Shown: positions 24,201 through 34,785, numbered from the stretch's first letter. The stretch: DNA of 34,818 bases from Collodictyon triciliatum (GCA_043381765.1 JBHJMP010000892.1:1-34818); one strand, 5' to 3'. The notes: a model not told the origin generated them from the letters alone. Numbers and translations: made by a program.

Positions 24201-27200
24201 GTCCAAAGTAATCCATCACTGAATCCGTCTCCACTGTCTCCACCAAACACATAAATCTTATTATTGTAGAATGTAATCATAGCATTGCTTCTGGGAGATG
24301 GAGCTTCAAGGCTTGCGTCGTAGTTAATAAGCATCGTCCATCGATTATTTCCTTAATTAATCGAGCAGTTTTTTTTAATAATAAAAAACTTCAAAATTTA
24401 TTGTCTACATTTAATAAAGATGAACGAGGATTATCATTAAATGGGGAAGCTAAACGTAGGAGGATACCTTTGTCAAAATACCACAAATCGTTGGACAATT
24501 GCTCCTGGTGGAGTTGGACATACCCGCCAAACACTACGTATCCCCCAGGCACGTTTGTAACGGCCGAGTTGCGTCTACCAAGTGGTTCGTTCAAACTTGA
24601 TGAGGAGACCCAGTTCTTCTCATCTGTAGCGATAGTAAGTTGCATTTTTTATTTTTTCTTTCAATTTGTGCAAGATGATGGGGGTGTTGACTTTGGCAAT
24701 AGTAGATTGCATACTTGAGAAGTGAAAAAAACTGCTCATGGAACATTTCTAGTCAATATAACCAATTAACAACACTCTCACCCATGTCTAAGCCCCACAT
24801 CCAGTTAACGTATCCTGCACTGTCCTGTGTAGAGCCTCCAAACATAACCAGTCTATTTCCCAAAATCGCTAGTGTGGAATACTGAAGAGGCGGTGGAGCA
24901 TTTAAAGGTAAAATGTTCGTAGTGGGATTGACAATGCGATGCTCCAGACTCAAATCATCTGATTGTGGATGGAGCAATTAGGTTTTTTTTAAAAAAAAAA
25001 AAATGATAAAATTGAAATGACTCATTTCATAACCTAATGATATATCGATTTCGACTGCTTTCTATATGTAATTCACTGATAAACCACCGAAAAATGCGTA
25101 TAATTATTTTCTTTCATTATATGGTAGTTATATTGTAATTAACTTAATTAATAGAGTTTTTCTACTTGGGATTACCTTTTGAGATAACTACGAGGTCTCT
25201 TAAATTTTTCTCCTTGGAATATCCTCCAAAGATATATATTTCTCCGTTGTACTCTACTGTTTGAATGTTTTGGCGAACTGCTTGGCACTTCTGGGGATTA
25301 GCCGTACATCCCAAGCACGGATTATTTGATAAAGCAGAAGCTGGTGTCCACTTGGAAGATTCTATAATATTGTTAGATATATAGACCTTTGAAGAAAAAA
25401 GCAATAAGAGAACAGAAAAAAAAGCATCATGAAGAAATTTCGAAAAGAAAAAAAAAAGACACTTACTGATATCAAATATGTATACGTCGGAGAGTTCTTG
25501 GATTCCATTGTAGCCGGCGAATAGGATTAGCTTTTTATTTGTAATCCATGAGGCATGGAATGCAAGTGGTGGTGACATGGTTTCGCTCGAAGTGGTCCAC
25601 TTATCGGTCGCTGAAAAGTTATTTAAGACCAGTTAGTTGTAGTTGGCTTGGTGTTTATTGACTGATTGTGAAACAAAAAGAGTAAATCCTTTCATAAAAT
25701 GCCAATAATTGACAAAATTGGGTAAAGTATCCTTTTTTTTAAAAAAAAATATCCTGCTCAGTTTTACACTCCCACTCACCAATATTGTAAATATTCATAG
25801 TGGACAATACGTTCCCTTGAGACTATGAAGATAGAATAGAATTTTATGCTTCACTCCAAATGGCATATATGAACGATTATCTTATGAGGAAAACGAAAAA
25901 AATTATTACGTCCATTCCACCGTGAATGTAAACGTCTTGGCCATCATATGCGCAACTGTGTCCATATCGGTTCAGAGGATATCCAGACAATTTCTTCCAC
26001 TCATACGTGTTTGAATTGAAAGTGTATGTGTGTGTATGATTTACAGAAGGGGCAAGTCCACCAACATAGTATATCAAATCCCCTTTGTTTAAGAGGCACA
26101 CACTTTGGCGACTCGGTGGGAGGATTCCGGTAGCCCTGATTCTGCTCCAAGACAATGTATCTATAATTTTTCAGAAAATAGACCAAAATATATACTTGTA
26201 AAGAATGATTTATGACACAGGCATACTGTTGATAATATGATTGGATTACAGTGGACTAGTTTTGGAAAAAAAATTAGACAAAAGGCTTTTTTAGCCCTTG
26301 TATTTAATTGAAAAAAAAACCTGCGCTGGTCACTTTGAATGTAGACACAGGAGTATATTGCGACTCATCCTTGCTCTCGTCTTGGTAGAGGCAGAATATG
26401 TAAATATTCTGGCCATCACTAACAGAGCGTGGGTACTTGCACGTTGGCATAGAATCAGAGTAAAGTCCCCAATCTCCATTTTCGACTAACAATAGGAAAT
26501 CGTATGTTAAACATTAAGAAAGAAAAATAAATAATAATAAAAAAAGACCGGGGTATCGAAATGTCAAAGACCTGATAAATCCGTGGTGGTTGGTGGGTTC
26601 TTGGCAATACAATAATCCTACAATTCCAATTTTAAGACTTTGAAAAATATGTATGATTTTTTCTCTCGGGTGGATGAGGTGTTCTTTTTTTTTTTAAAAA
26701 AAAAAACTCTTGTCTTTATTATAAAAATTATTTGTACCTTATTCTTTTCTGGCTGATTATAACCACTCGGGCAAGGGTAGCATTGCCCTCCGATGGTAAT
26801 GTAGTTATTTGCAGGACATTCACAGACTCCGCTAGAGCTCATAAAACCGTACTCACATCCTTTTGTTTTTCAACGGGCATTTAGCAAAATTTCGGTTTCC
26901 TTCTCTATTACAAGTAGATGAAAATGTACATAATGTAAGAATTTTTTTTAAAAAAAAAGTTACTGATCAAGTCAAAAGTGAATCCAGGCAAGTTGGTTAA
27001 CTTTGGGCCCGTTGTAAATCTAATTTGGAATTCTCCTCCTGGTATACTAACTCTAGTTCCTTGAGCGTATTCATGAATTGTTGTCTGGTATTTTGATTAT
27101 CTCTTAAATAAAAAACGAGGTATTTATCCATATAGTATTTAAAATAAAGATGAAGTCCAAATAAAAATGAAAAAATGAAGATATTATTTTTCCTAGATTC

Positions 27201-30200
27201 GACAGAAGTCCAAGAAAACCTAGCCATGTGATGTACGAGTAAAAAAAGTAGGATAGCATATTGAAATTTGCGTACTTCTCCTTCAAAAGTTGATTGTCCG
27301 TTAATGACAATTTTTCTATCGGCACATTGAGATGGAGTTGTGATTGTTATACGTGCATCTTCATCCAACTGAATCATCTTCATCTATTGATGCTCGAAAA
27401 ATTAACTTGCCAACTCATAAAATTACTAGTGATATGTAATTATTTCAATCATATGGCTATTGCTTTACTCACGATGAAGTTGTTCGCTCCAGTTATAGCC
27501 CAGGTGCAGTCGGTGTAAGCCATATATGTGAAATCTCCACTTTGGTCAGTAACAACTTTTTGTCCCTTATTGTAGTCGATATAATTGGTTCCGGAGCAAA
27601 ATGATTTACCTGAAAAAAGGTATTTCAAAACAAGTACATATCACATGTATTGAGAGAAATAAAAAGGAAATTCAGGCACAATATTTCTTAAAAAAAAAAA
27701 ACAATAATGAATATGAACACCAGAAGAACAAGACCCCTTTTATGATTACCAATATCGTATCCAAGAACACGTGAATCATAAGTCGAATAAACGTTAGGCT
27801 GGGCAAGTAATATATAATTCTTCAACACTATAGAATTGCTAGATGAAATTGGAGCTGGTCGCTCGGGTGCTGGTGCCTGTTTTCCCCATTGCTCGTGGTC
27901 TAGTGGATATTTGGTTTTGAAGCTTATGAGAATATGCAAGGTGTATTGATGTCATTTTTTCTCTTCATTCGAAAAAAAAAAAAAAAGAAGACTCAAAACA
28001 TGAATGATTTATTTAAGCTGTTTAATTCCAACTCACAGAAATCAAAGAACCATATATCATTGGTGAATCCGCCGTATTTGTCATTGCCTCCAACAAGAGC
28101 GCCCATCCCCACATTGACCATATTGCTCGATTCGATTCCTTGTTGATTGCCTTCAGACCCAATAGCTCGGTAAAATGATGTCGTGACTGATATTAATGTG
28201 TTATTTAATTATTGTGATAGAAATTCCAGAAGATTCATGTAAGGAGTAAATGAGTATGATCTATGTTGAAAATAAAAAGGAGCTCTCTTTTCTTGAATGA
28301 CGTACCAGGGTTGAAGCAATTAATGTCTGGTAAAATCGTGCTTGACCCGTACACTGTTCCTCCTTGAATGCAAAATTTATCATTTCGCACGAATCCTTTC
28401 GCTCCGACTCGCAGAAGAGATGAATCAGGTAATTCATAGTCAGAAACCGTCAAGCTCTCCAAATCCAAGACGTATAGATAGTCTTCCATCATATTTGTGT
28501 AGTAATAGTAGTATGTGGTGAAATCATGGAGGAAGCCTCCAGTGATGTAAAGTGATGACCCAATAACACCATAAGAGGGGCTCCTCAAGAGACCAAGAAA
28601 TTCGTATCCACTAGGAAGATTGATGTATGTCCACGTCCGAGTTGCTGATTATTGATAATATAAAAAGTAAGACAGTATTGAGTAAGTTGAGATAATAATA
28701 TGGATATCATTTTTCCTAAGAGTTCGTTTGTGTAAATGACGGCAATGTGTGAAGACGAGGGGTATAATACGTCTGAATTTACCAATATCAAACTTGAAGC
28801 TCACAGCAACACCAATTCTTATATCTGAAAGTCCTCCAAATATGTATGCCGTGTCATTGAAAACCCCCATATACTGTAAAGAAATATTTAAAAACAAGGA
28901 TCAAATTAAAATTCGAAACTTTGCTGACGCAAGCTTATTTTGGATGAATTACTCACCGGATCGTACAGTCCTGACGGAAAGTCTGTATATGCATAAGGAT
29001 CTGCTAGTGTCAAAGGGAATAGATTCGTCCATTTGCGAGTGTCTATAGTCATGAAAATTTAATGATAGGTGAATTCGTTCGAAGGAACCTGTCAGATATA
29101 TATGTAAATATTCTCATTTTGTTTTCGTTAGGTCTCATTTTCAATAAAAAAAAAAAAAAAAAAAAAAAAAAATTACATATAAAAAAAAAAAAAAAATATT
29201 TTAAAAAAAAAAAAAAAAAAAAAAGGAACTTACCTATGTTGAACTCCCATAGGTCATTTAAGAACATAGTCCTGACACATCCGTTGTATCCTCCAAACAT
29301 TAGGAAGGTCGATTCACTACTTTTCCCAAGGGCTTGGCGGGCTCTTCCCATGGGACGAGCGTCGAAAGACTTCCGTGGAAACGTTCTTGAAGCTGTTTTT
29401 TTTTTAGGTGCATTTTTTTTAAAAAAAGAAGCTATACCCTTTTCTGTCTCGTCAAAAATCGATTACGTAGTAGCAAGGCGATATGCAACATGTAAAGAAT
29501 TAAAATTACTCGTATCAAATATCCAAATGGTATCATCTGTGCATCTAAACTGCCCGAATGAATAAACAACATCTTTTCCGACAGAAGTCGCTGATGCATA
29601 AAGTCTTGGCTTTGGATATTGAGAGTCATACGGGTACGCTCCAATCATGTTTCTGTAATTGACCATGTAAACGATTTCCTTTTCGTCTAAAAAGGACAAT
29701 TTTTGTGATAAATGTTTCAAACAGAAATATGGTGTCATCCAAGATGCAGTATTTTGCCCATTGAAAGAAAGAGATTCAAATTGTCAAAAGATAATAGTAG
29801 TAACATGGTGTATACCTAAGTCCAATATGTATAGGATGGGGTCTGCAGAGGACGATGTGTCGTACATCGTCCCACTTATGATGATCAATTCAGATCCGAC
29901 GAGGGCTTTGGCAGAGAGACTTGAAGAAACCTTAACACCGGGATAAGGAAACGAGACACTGTTTTTTGACCAAGTCGAAGTAGCTGCAAGCAACATGATC
30001 AGTGAGGCTTGATTACTTGAAGACGTTACCAGATGCATTAGTTAGTCTACAATATAGAGTTAGCGAGGAGGAAAAACTCACTGAAATTAAATATCCACAA
30101 ATCTGTCATCATGATTCCACGAGAACCACCGTAAATGTAGAGCTGGTCATTGTAAAAGGCATATGCAGGAGTGTCAAGTGCAGGTGCAGTCTGTTGGTTA

Positions 30201-31606
30201 TATTCTACCTCGCTCCATTCATATGTTTCTAATCGATTAAATATATTCCAAGTGTTGTTTTAATCTTAAGATTTTTTTTCTGCACATCGCAAACTTTTTT
30301 TTTCCTTTATTCGATTCAAAGTGTAGCGAGATTATGCCTGCACATCGCAAACTTAAAAAAAAAAAAAAAGAAATCGAATTGATGAAATATTGTTCTTAAT
30401 AGTAAATATATTGTGGTAGGAAGCGGGTGATGAAGAAAACACTTTTTTTAAAAAAAAAAATACCCAGGTTGAATGTCCACATATCGGGTAGAAGCCCGGT
30501 TTCAGCTAGCCCGCCGGTAACGTAGGCTATTCCATTTCTAGTAAAACATATGGGAAATCGCCGACCATCAGGAATAGAGTCACTTGGAGAATAGAGTGTC
30601 TCCCATGTCATAGTCGACATGTCCAGAATGTGCATGTCATTCATGTAGACATCAGAAAGGCCTCCAAATAGTATTATCTAATAAGCGATCAGATGAGCTA
30701 TCCACTTGGAGTGTGGTGGAAGGTGGCAAATGAAAAAGCAAATAAATCTTGAAGTAAACCATTTGAACTAAATATGAAACTATGTAGAACGAGAATCATT
30801 CATCATACGAGACGAAAACGAAGGAACAATGATAATTGAGCCTTGTTTGTATGGACTGGATATAACTAAGGGTAAATACCTTATCAGCAACAACTGCAGT
30901 GCAAAAATCATCGCGTACAGTAGGCGCTGGTCCGTAGGTGAAGACCACGCGTGATTCAAAGCTCTCTATATGTTTGATGGGTTTTTTTGTTATGTGCTAG
31001 TGTCTCATGACACATAACTCAAAGGTAAGAAAATATTATTCTGATATGCGTAGGTGCGCGAATACAAAAGATTTCGAAGAAGGCGGTAATGATAACGAAA
31101 AGCCCACCCAAGTCATCCATGATGTAGATGTGATCAACATAACGAACAGGGGCGTCCCAATCGTTTCCAAAACTTTGACAGAAAGAATGAAATGAGGAGC
31201 CTTTTATATAGACGCAACATTCAAAAAATGCCTCAAAATATTTTTTATCTAAAAAAAGAAACGAAATGAAATGAAAACCTCTCAGGAAAGAAAATGACGG
31301 AGTTGTTAAAGGTGACACTCGTGTGTGTTGTGAACGCTTGGGGGTACTCATTGATCATATTCCACGTGTTCACTTCTCCTCCGCGGTAAGCCAACGACTC
31401 TGCATCACGAAATCATATTAAATAGACTAAACAAATTATATAGATAATATAAATAATGAAATGAAAAATAATTGCACCAATATAAACGTATTGAAGTAAA
31501 ACAAATATATTAGTGCAAACAAATGTATACCTCCGGCAAGTAAAATGAGGAGCCCCAACAAAACGAAGCGCAGCACAACCAGAAAGGACGTATTGTTTCC
31601 TTTCAT
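16856..31606 (-). CDS. Giant single-pass receptor: SP-[Kelch x12-CUB-Cys-rich]x2-TM-TKL kinase-class III cyclase-TKL kinase (about 53 exons, roughly 2,500 aa by estimate)
   Basis: Signal peptide MKGNNTSFLVVLRFVLLGLLILLAG (ATG at 31606). I could join GT-AG exons continuously in phase to TAA at 16856-16858. TM segment AIIGGIAGGASAFVIILVVIGGLLY. Domain evidence is listed in the sub-features. Confidence 0.9.
18643..19775 (-). other. Class III nucleotidyl cyclase domain (fungal CYR1/trypanosome/amoebozoan type)
   Basis: VALVFTDVQSSTALWE, GYEVRTEGDAFVIAF, FRGLRVRMGVHW, RMDYFGQSVNRANRI..GGQIAIS, DLGEHMLKG. Confidence 0.95.
19860..21570 (-). other. Receptor kinase domain 1 (TKL/Raf-like)
   Basis: LGAGSFGEVYAGFWRGADVAIK, FQDEV, LRHPNVV, ILHRDLKSPNLL, KISDFGL, GTLLWMAPE, KADIYSYAIIMWE, CWDSDMEKRPTF. 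Confidence 0.95.
21874..22678 (-). other. Receptor ectodomain: CUB-like domain 2 plus Cys-rich stalk
   Basis: LCNAK..LLEDGSGLGEYPGGTHCKYMI...SLSLELKSS..RGQGFNVTYF, then CPTSSSIVDGECTCPASYYENEKTNECKKC..PICSQY. Confidence 0.75.
22821..26487 (-). other. Receptor ectodomain: Kelch block 2 (12 blades)
   Basis: Examples: RYGHSCAYDGQDVYIHGGMD, IYIFGGYSKEKNLRD, LVMFGGSTQD, YVVFGGY..SNDLWYFD, PSPRSNAMITFYNNKIYVFGG, FVVYGGRDFKNRNLGDVWFYD, LSGHASIATDDGLIIYGG. Confidence 0.88.
23105..23210. repeat. (AAGAGT)n hexamer microsatellite in a receptor intron
   Basis: Directly visible; it produces the spurious LTLTLT run in the ORF track. Confidence 0.97.
26571..27610 (-). other. Receptor ectodomain: CUB-like domain 1 plus Cys-rich (ephrin-receptor-like/GCC) repeat
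   Basis: FCSGTN..VVTDQSGDFTYMAYTDCTWAI...FQIRFTTGPKLTNLPGFTFD, then CEYGFMSSSGVCECPANNYITIGGQCYPCPSGYNQPEKNKDYC. Confidence 0.72.
27750..31400 (-). other. Receptor ectodomain: Kelch block 1 (12 blades)
   Basis: Repeated P..R...hydrophobic-GG...D-L/M-W-x-F-N/D...W units, e.g. IILFGGLSDVYMNDMHILD, AYVTGGLAETGLLPDMWTFN, LYIYGGSRGIMMTDLWIFN, FLMFGGYNGCVRTMFLNDLWEFN. Blades 1, 5, 6 and 12 are divergent. Confidence 0.85.
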
Positions 31607-33182
31607 TTCTCCTTTCAGAGCGAATGGTCCTTGTTGAATGGCGTATGAGAGTGTAAACTTCAAGACTGTGCGCCTGTCTCTCGTCTGGCCAATGGTGAAA
31701 AGTAAGGTAGGCTTTGTCGGCTTCTCTGCAGCAAAACTTCTTCCTCTTTTTTTTTTTATCTTGTGCCTTGGCGAGTCTGTCTGGGTTTGTCTCAGAAAGT
31801 CTTTCCTTGGTGAACGAAGGTGCGGATTCCTGTAAACTATTTTTTATATGAAAATAGGAAAAATAATAATCGGCCTTATATTGATCACATTGGACAATAT
31901 CTTGGTAGAAGATTGCCGAGAACCATGATTCGTTATTGATTGGAGCAGATAGGCTCGGAGGGAGGGAAATTGAAAGCGGAAAGGATGAAAGTGAGAAGTC
32001 AACCATCAGCTGAGAAATGAATGAATGCAGCAGGCGGGCAATGATATAACAACAACTGCAACCATCCCACAACTTTGTTCTGGTTCCTCTTGTCTTCACC
32101 ATCCTCGCCCGACAGAGAATTGTTCTCGCTCTTCTGATTGGTTTTTTCTGAGCACAAGATCCCTCCCACCTCGACTATGTTATATAGACAACAAGATCGT
32201 TATTTCTTCTCTTTTCTTCTCTTTTCTTCTCATTTTTTTGTGGTTAAATTGTGAATTTTCCTATTTACTTCGGCATCGCAGCAATCTTCAATTCACATAT
32301 ACTCTTAGATTTTTTTTCTTGCACTTCTGACACTTAAATAAGTGAAAAAAATAAGTTCAGTCAATTGAAATTCGCCAATAGCACTCTCAGTATTAAAAAA
32401 TAAATAAAAAAACTCTTGGTTTGTATACGCACTTTGTGTTTGACACCTTTGACATGAATAATTCATCGAAAACCCCCGATAAAACCAGAAGACCGTTATG
32501 AAAGACTGAAATGGAAGATCTAGGAAATCAAATCATTCATTAATATATCTATGTATGTAAATAAACAGAACATTTTCTATTTCAACATGATTTTTCTTAA
32601 AATTCGGAGAAAGTTTCAGGGAGGGCACTAGACAGCCCTCAGATGGGATTTCACATTCTCCCGATTTTTTGTGTTGGGTCTGTCATGTTCTCAGAGAGGA
32701 AGCTTTGTGACAAAAATTGACTAAAGAAGAAAATTCAGCCACAGAACTGCAAGCAGGATTGGGTGATAGTGTTATTTAAAATATACGTATCGATATTGGT
32801 AATGTATATTTCTATATATATATAATAATTATTATAAATTAGAATGAAGGATGAAAATAAGAATTTTATGTAATTTATTATATTTTCCATAATTGAGCAA
32901 TATTGGATTCAACCCTTTACTGGAATTTAGGAGCAAACGCGCCATTTGGTTCGGCTGGAGAGGGGCAAAAGGTTGTGTTTTGGAGTGGATACAGAAGGGG
33001 CTCGTTTATCAAAAGATGGAGATAGAATCGAAATGTGCATTTCACAGCCGGTGGTAATCAAGAAACTTGGACGGAAAGATAAAATGGGGATTTCATGACT
33101 GAGAATGTTAGGAGGAGGAAAGATAGCACATAGGACACGGTGTGTGTATTCACCAGGAATACAGTGGGGAAATGGGCGTTAT

Positions 33183-34397
33183 CTATGACTTTGGGAGATT
33201 CCCGATTGCGCTCACTTTGTGGATTGTAATGAAATCGTCCCATCCAGAGATGATTGTGATTTTCAGATAACGAGCAACAAGGCCAGTAATCTGTGATTTT
33301 TTTGTCATTGTATTGATAAAGTTAATTTTTGACTTTTTATGTCCCTTTTCCTTGTATAGTTTATACTTGAACTTTGAATCAAATGAAGGGGAATATTCTT
33401 AAATAATACCAAAATAAAGATGCTCCTACTCATATACATACTCATACTAATCATTATGACCATAATAGTTGTTTAAAACAAAAAGAAAAATGGATTACCT
33501 CCCTCACTTTGGATTGTAGCTTTCCGGGTGTTTGAGGATACTCTGTAAACCAATTTTATCAAAAATATAAAAAATTACGTAGCAAAGAGTCTTGCGCATT
33601 TTCCTTGTGTGAAATACGATGTGAATCTATAAAATCCGTTTCAAATATACTAACCGTCCATATATACTTTCTCGAAGCTTTGAGGTTGGTTGGCTTCACA
33701 CTTTTGTATGTAAATCTGGCGAACTAGGCAATAGGATCGACAATAAGATTTAGAGTCTCCTTATACATCATCTTCCTGGTTATGAATATTTTTCGAGGGA
33801 ATTATCATCACAGAGATAATAAAAGATTGTGTATTCTTGGCAAATTAATGTGTTTTTCCTCCATATTATTATATTCAAACATTATCGATAAGACGTTCGT
33901 ACTGTTCGCACAGACTATCTTTAAAGACGATATATGAACCGTGGTCCCGAATGCAACTACAATCTCTTGAGGAAACATCCCAGTAGTGGACCAGAAAGTC
34001 TTTGTGTTCCTGGAATTCCAGTGGATAAATCCAATTCACATACCAAAATAAAAAATTTTTTATCAAAGTGAAGTTATGTTTTCAGGTATGCGGAGTGTCT
34101 TCATAAAAGAAGGAAAAGAAGGAAAAGAAGGAAAAGAAGAAATAGAAGAAATAGAAGAAATAGAAGAAATAGAAGAAAAAGAAGGAAAAGAAGAAAAAGA
34201 AGGAAAAGAAGAAAAAGAAGGAAAAGAAGAAAAAGAAGAAAAAGAAGAAAAAGAAGAAAAAGAAGAAAAAGAAGAAAAAGAAGAAAAAGAAGAAAAGAAA
34301 CAAACGGATCGAGAATGTTCTCTGGAGGATTTTGCTCGTCCAGGGAAGTGGCCATGAGAATAGTTGTTCCATTCGACTCGAGTGCAAGATCGGTCAT
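33183..34397 (-). CDS. IFT25: Intraflagellar transport protein 25 (HSPB11), 139 aa, 5 exons
   Basis: Exons 34397-34306, 34009-33903, 33723-33655, 33542-33499, 33290-33183 total 420 nt. Translation MTDLALESNGTTILMATSLDEQNPPENILDPNTKTFWSTTGMFPQEIVVAF...ARYLKITIISGWDDFITIHKVSAIG matches the IFT25/HSPB11 hallmarks ATS.DE..PPENI.D...TFW.TTGMFPQE. Confidence 0.96.
34107..34299. repeat. Compound 9-mer purine array (GAAGGAAAA/GAAGAAATA/GAAGAAAAA) in IFT25 intron 1
   Basis: Directly visible; abuts the donor at 34305 on the minus strand. Confidence 0.95.
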
Positions 34398-34450
34398 TCT
34401 TTTATGGTGCGGCTCAGAAAACAACTCCTTAGTCTACTGCAACTTTCGAT

Positions 34451-34553
34451 ATGACTTGCAGTGGAGTGTACAACAGATTAGTTACAGCAAAACGTCAGGA
34501 AACCCAGCGTGTTATGAGAAGCAGATCATCAGAATATTTGGGAAGGGAACAGA
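34451..34553 (+). CDS. Possible first exon of a gene divergent from IFT25 (MTCSGVYNRLVTAKRQETQRVMRSRSSEYLGREQ..)
   Basis: ATG-initiated, coding-like stretch ending at a GTAAAC donor-like site and immediately followed by a microsatellite. No recognisable homology. Confidence 0.3.
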
Positions 34554-34559
34554 GTAAAC

Positions 34560-34602
34560 TTGTTGTTGTTTATGTTGTTGTTTATGTTGTTGTTGTTGTT
34601 TA

Positions 34603-34655
<53 letters not shown>

Positions 34656-34722
34656 TTGTTTATGTTGTTTATGTTGTTTATGTTGTTTATGTTGTTTATG
34701 TTGTTTATGTTGTTGTTGTTTA

Positions 34723-34783
<61 letters not shown>

Positions 34784-34785
34784 GC
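34560..34785. repeat. Compound (GTT)n/(GTTGTTTAT)n microsatellite
   Basis: Directly visible. Confidence 0.97.
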
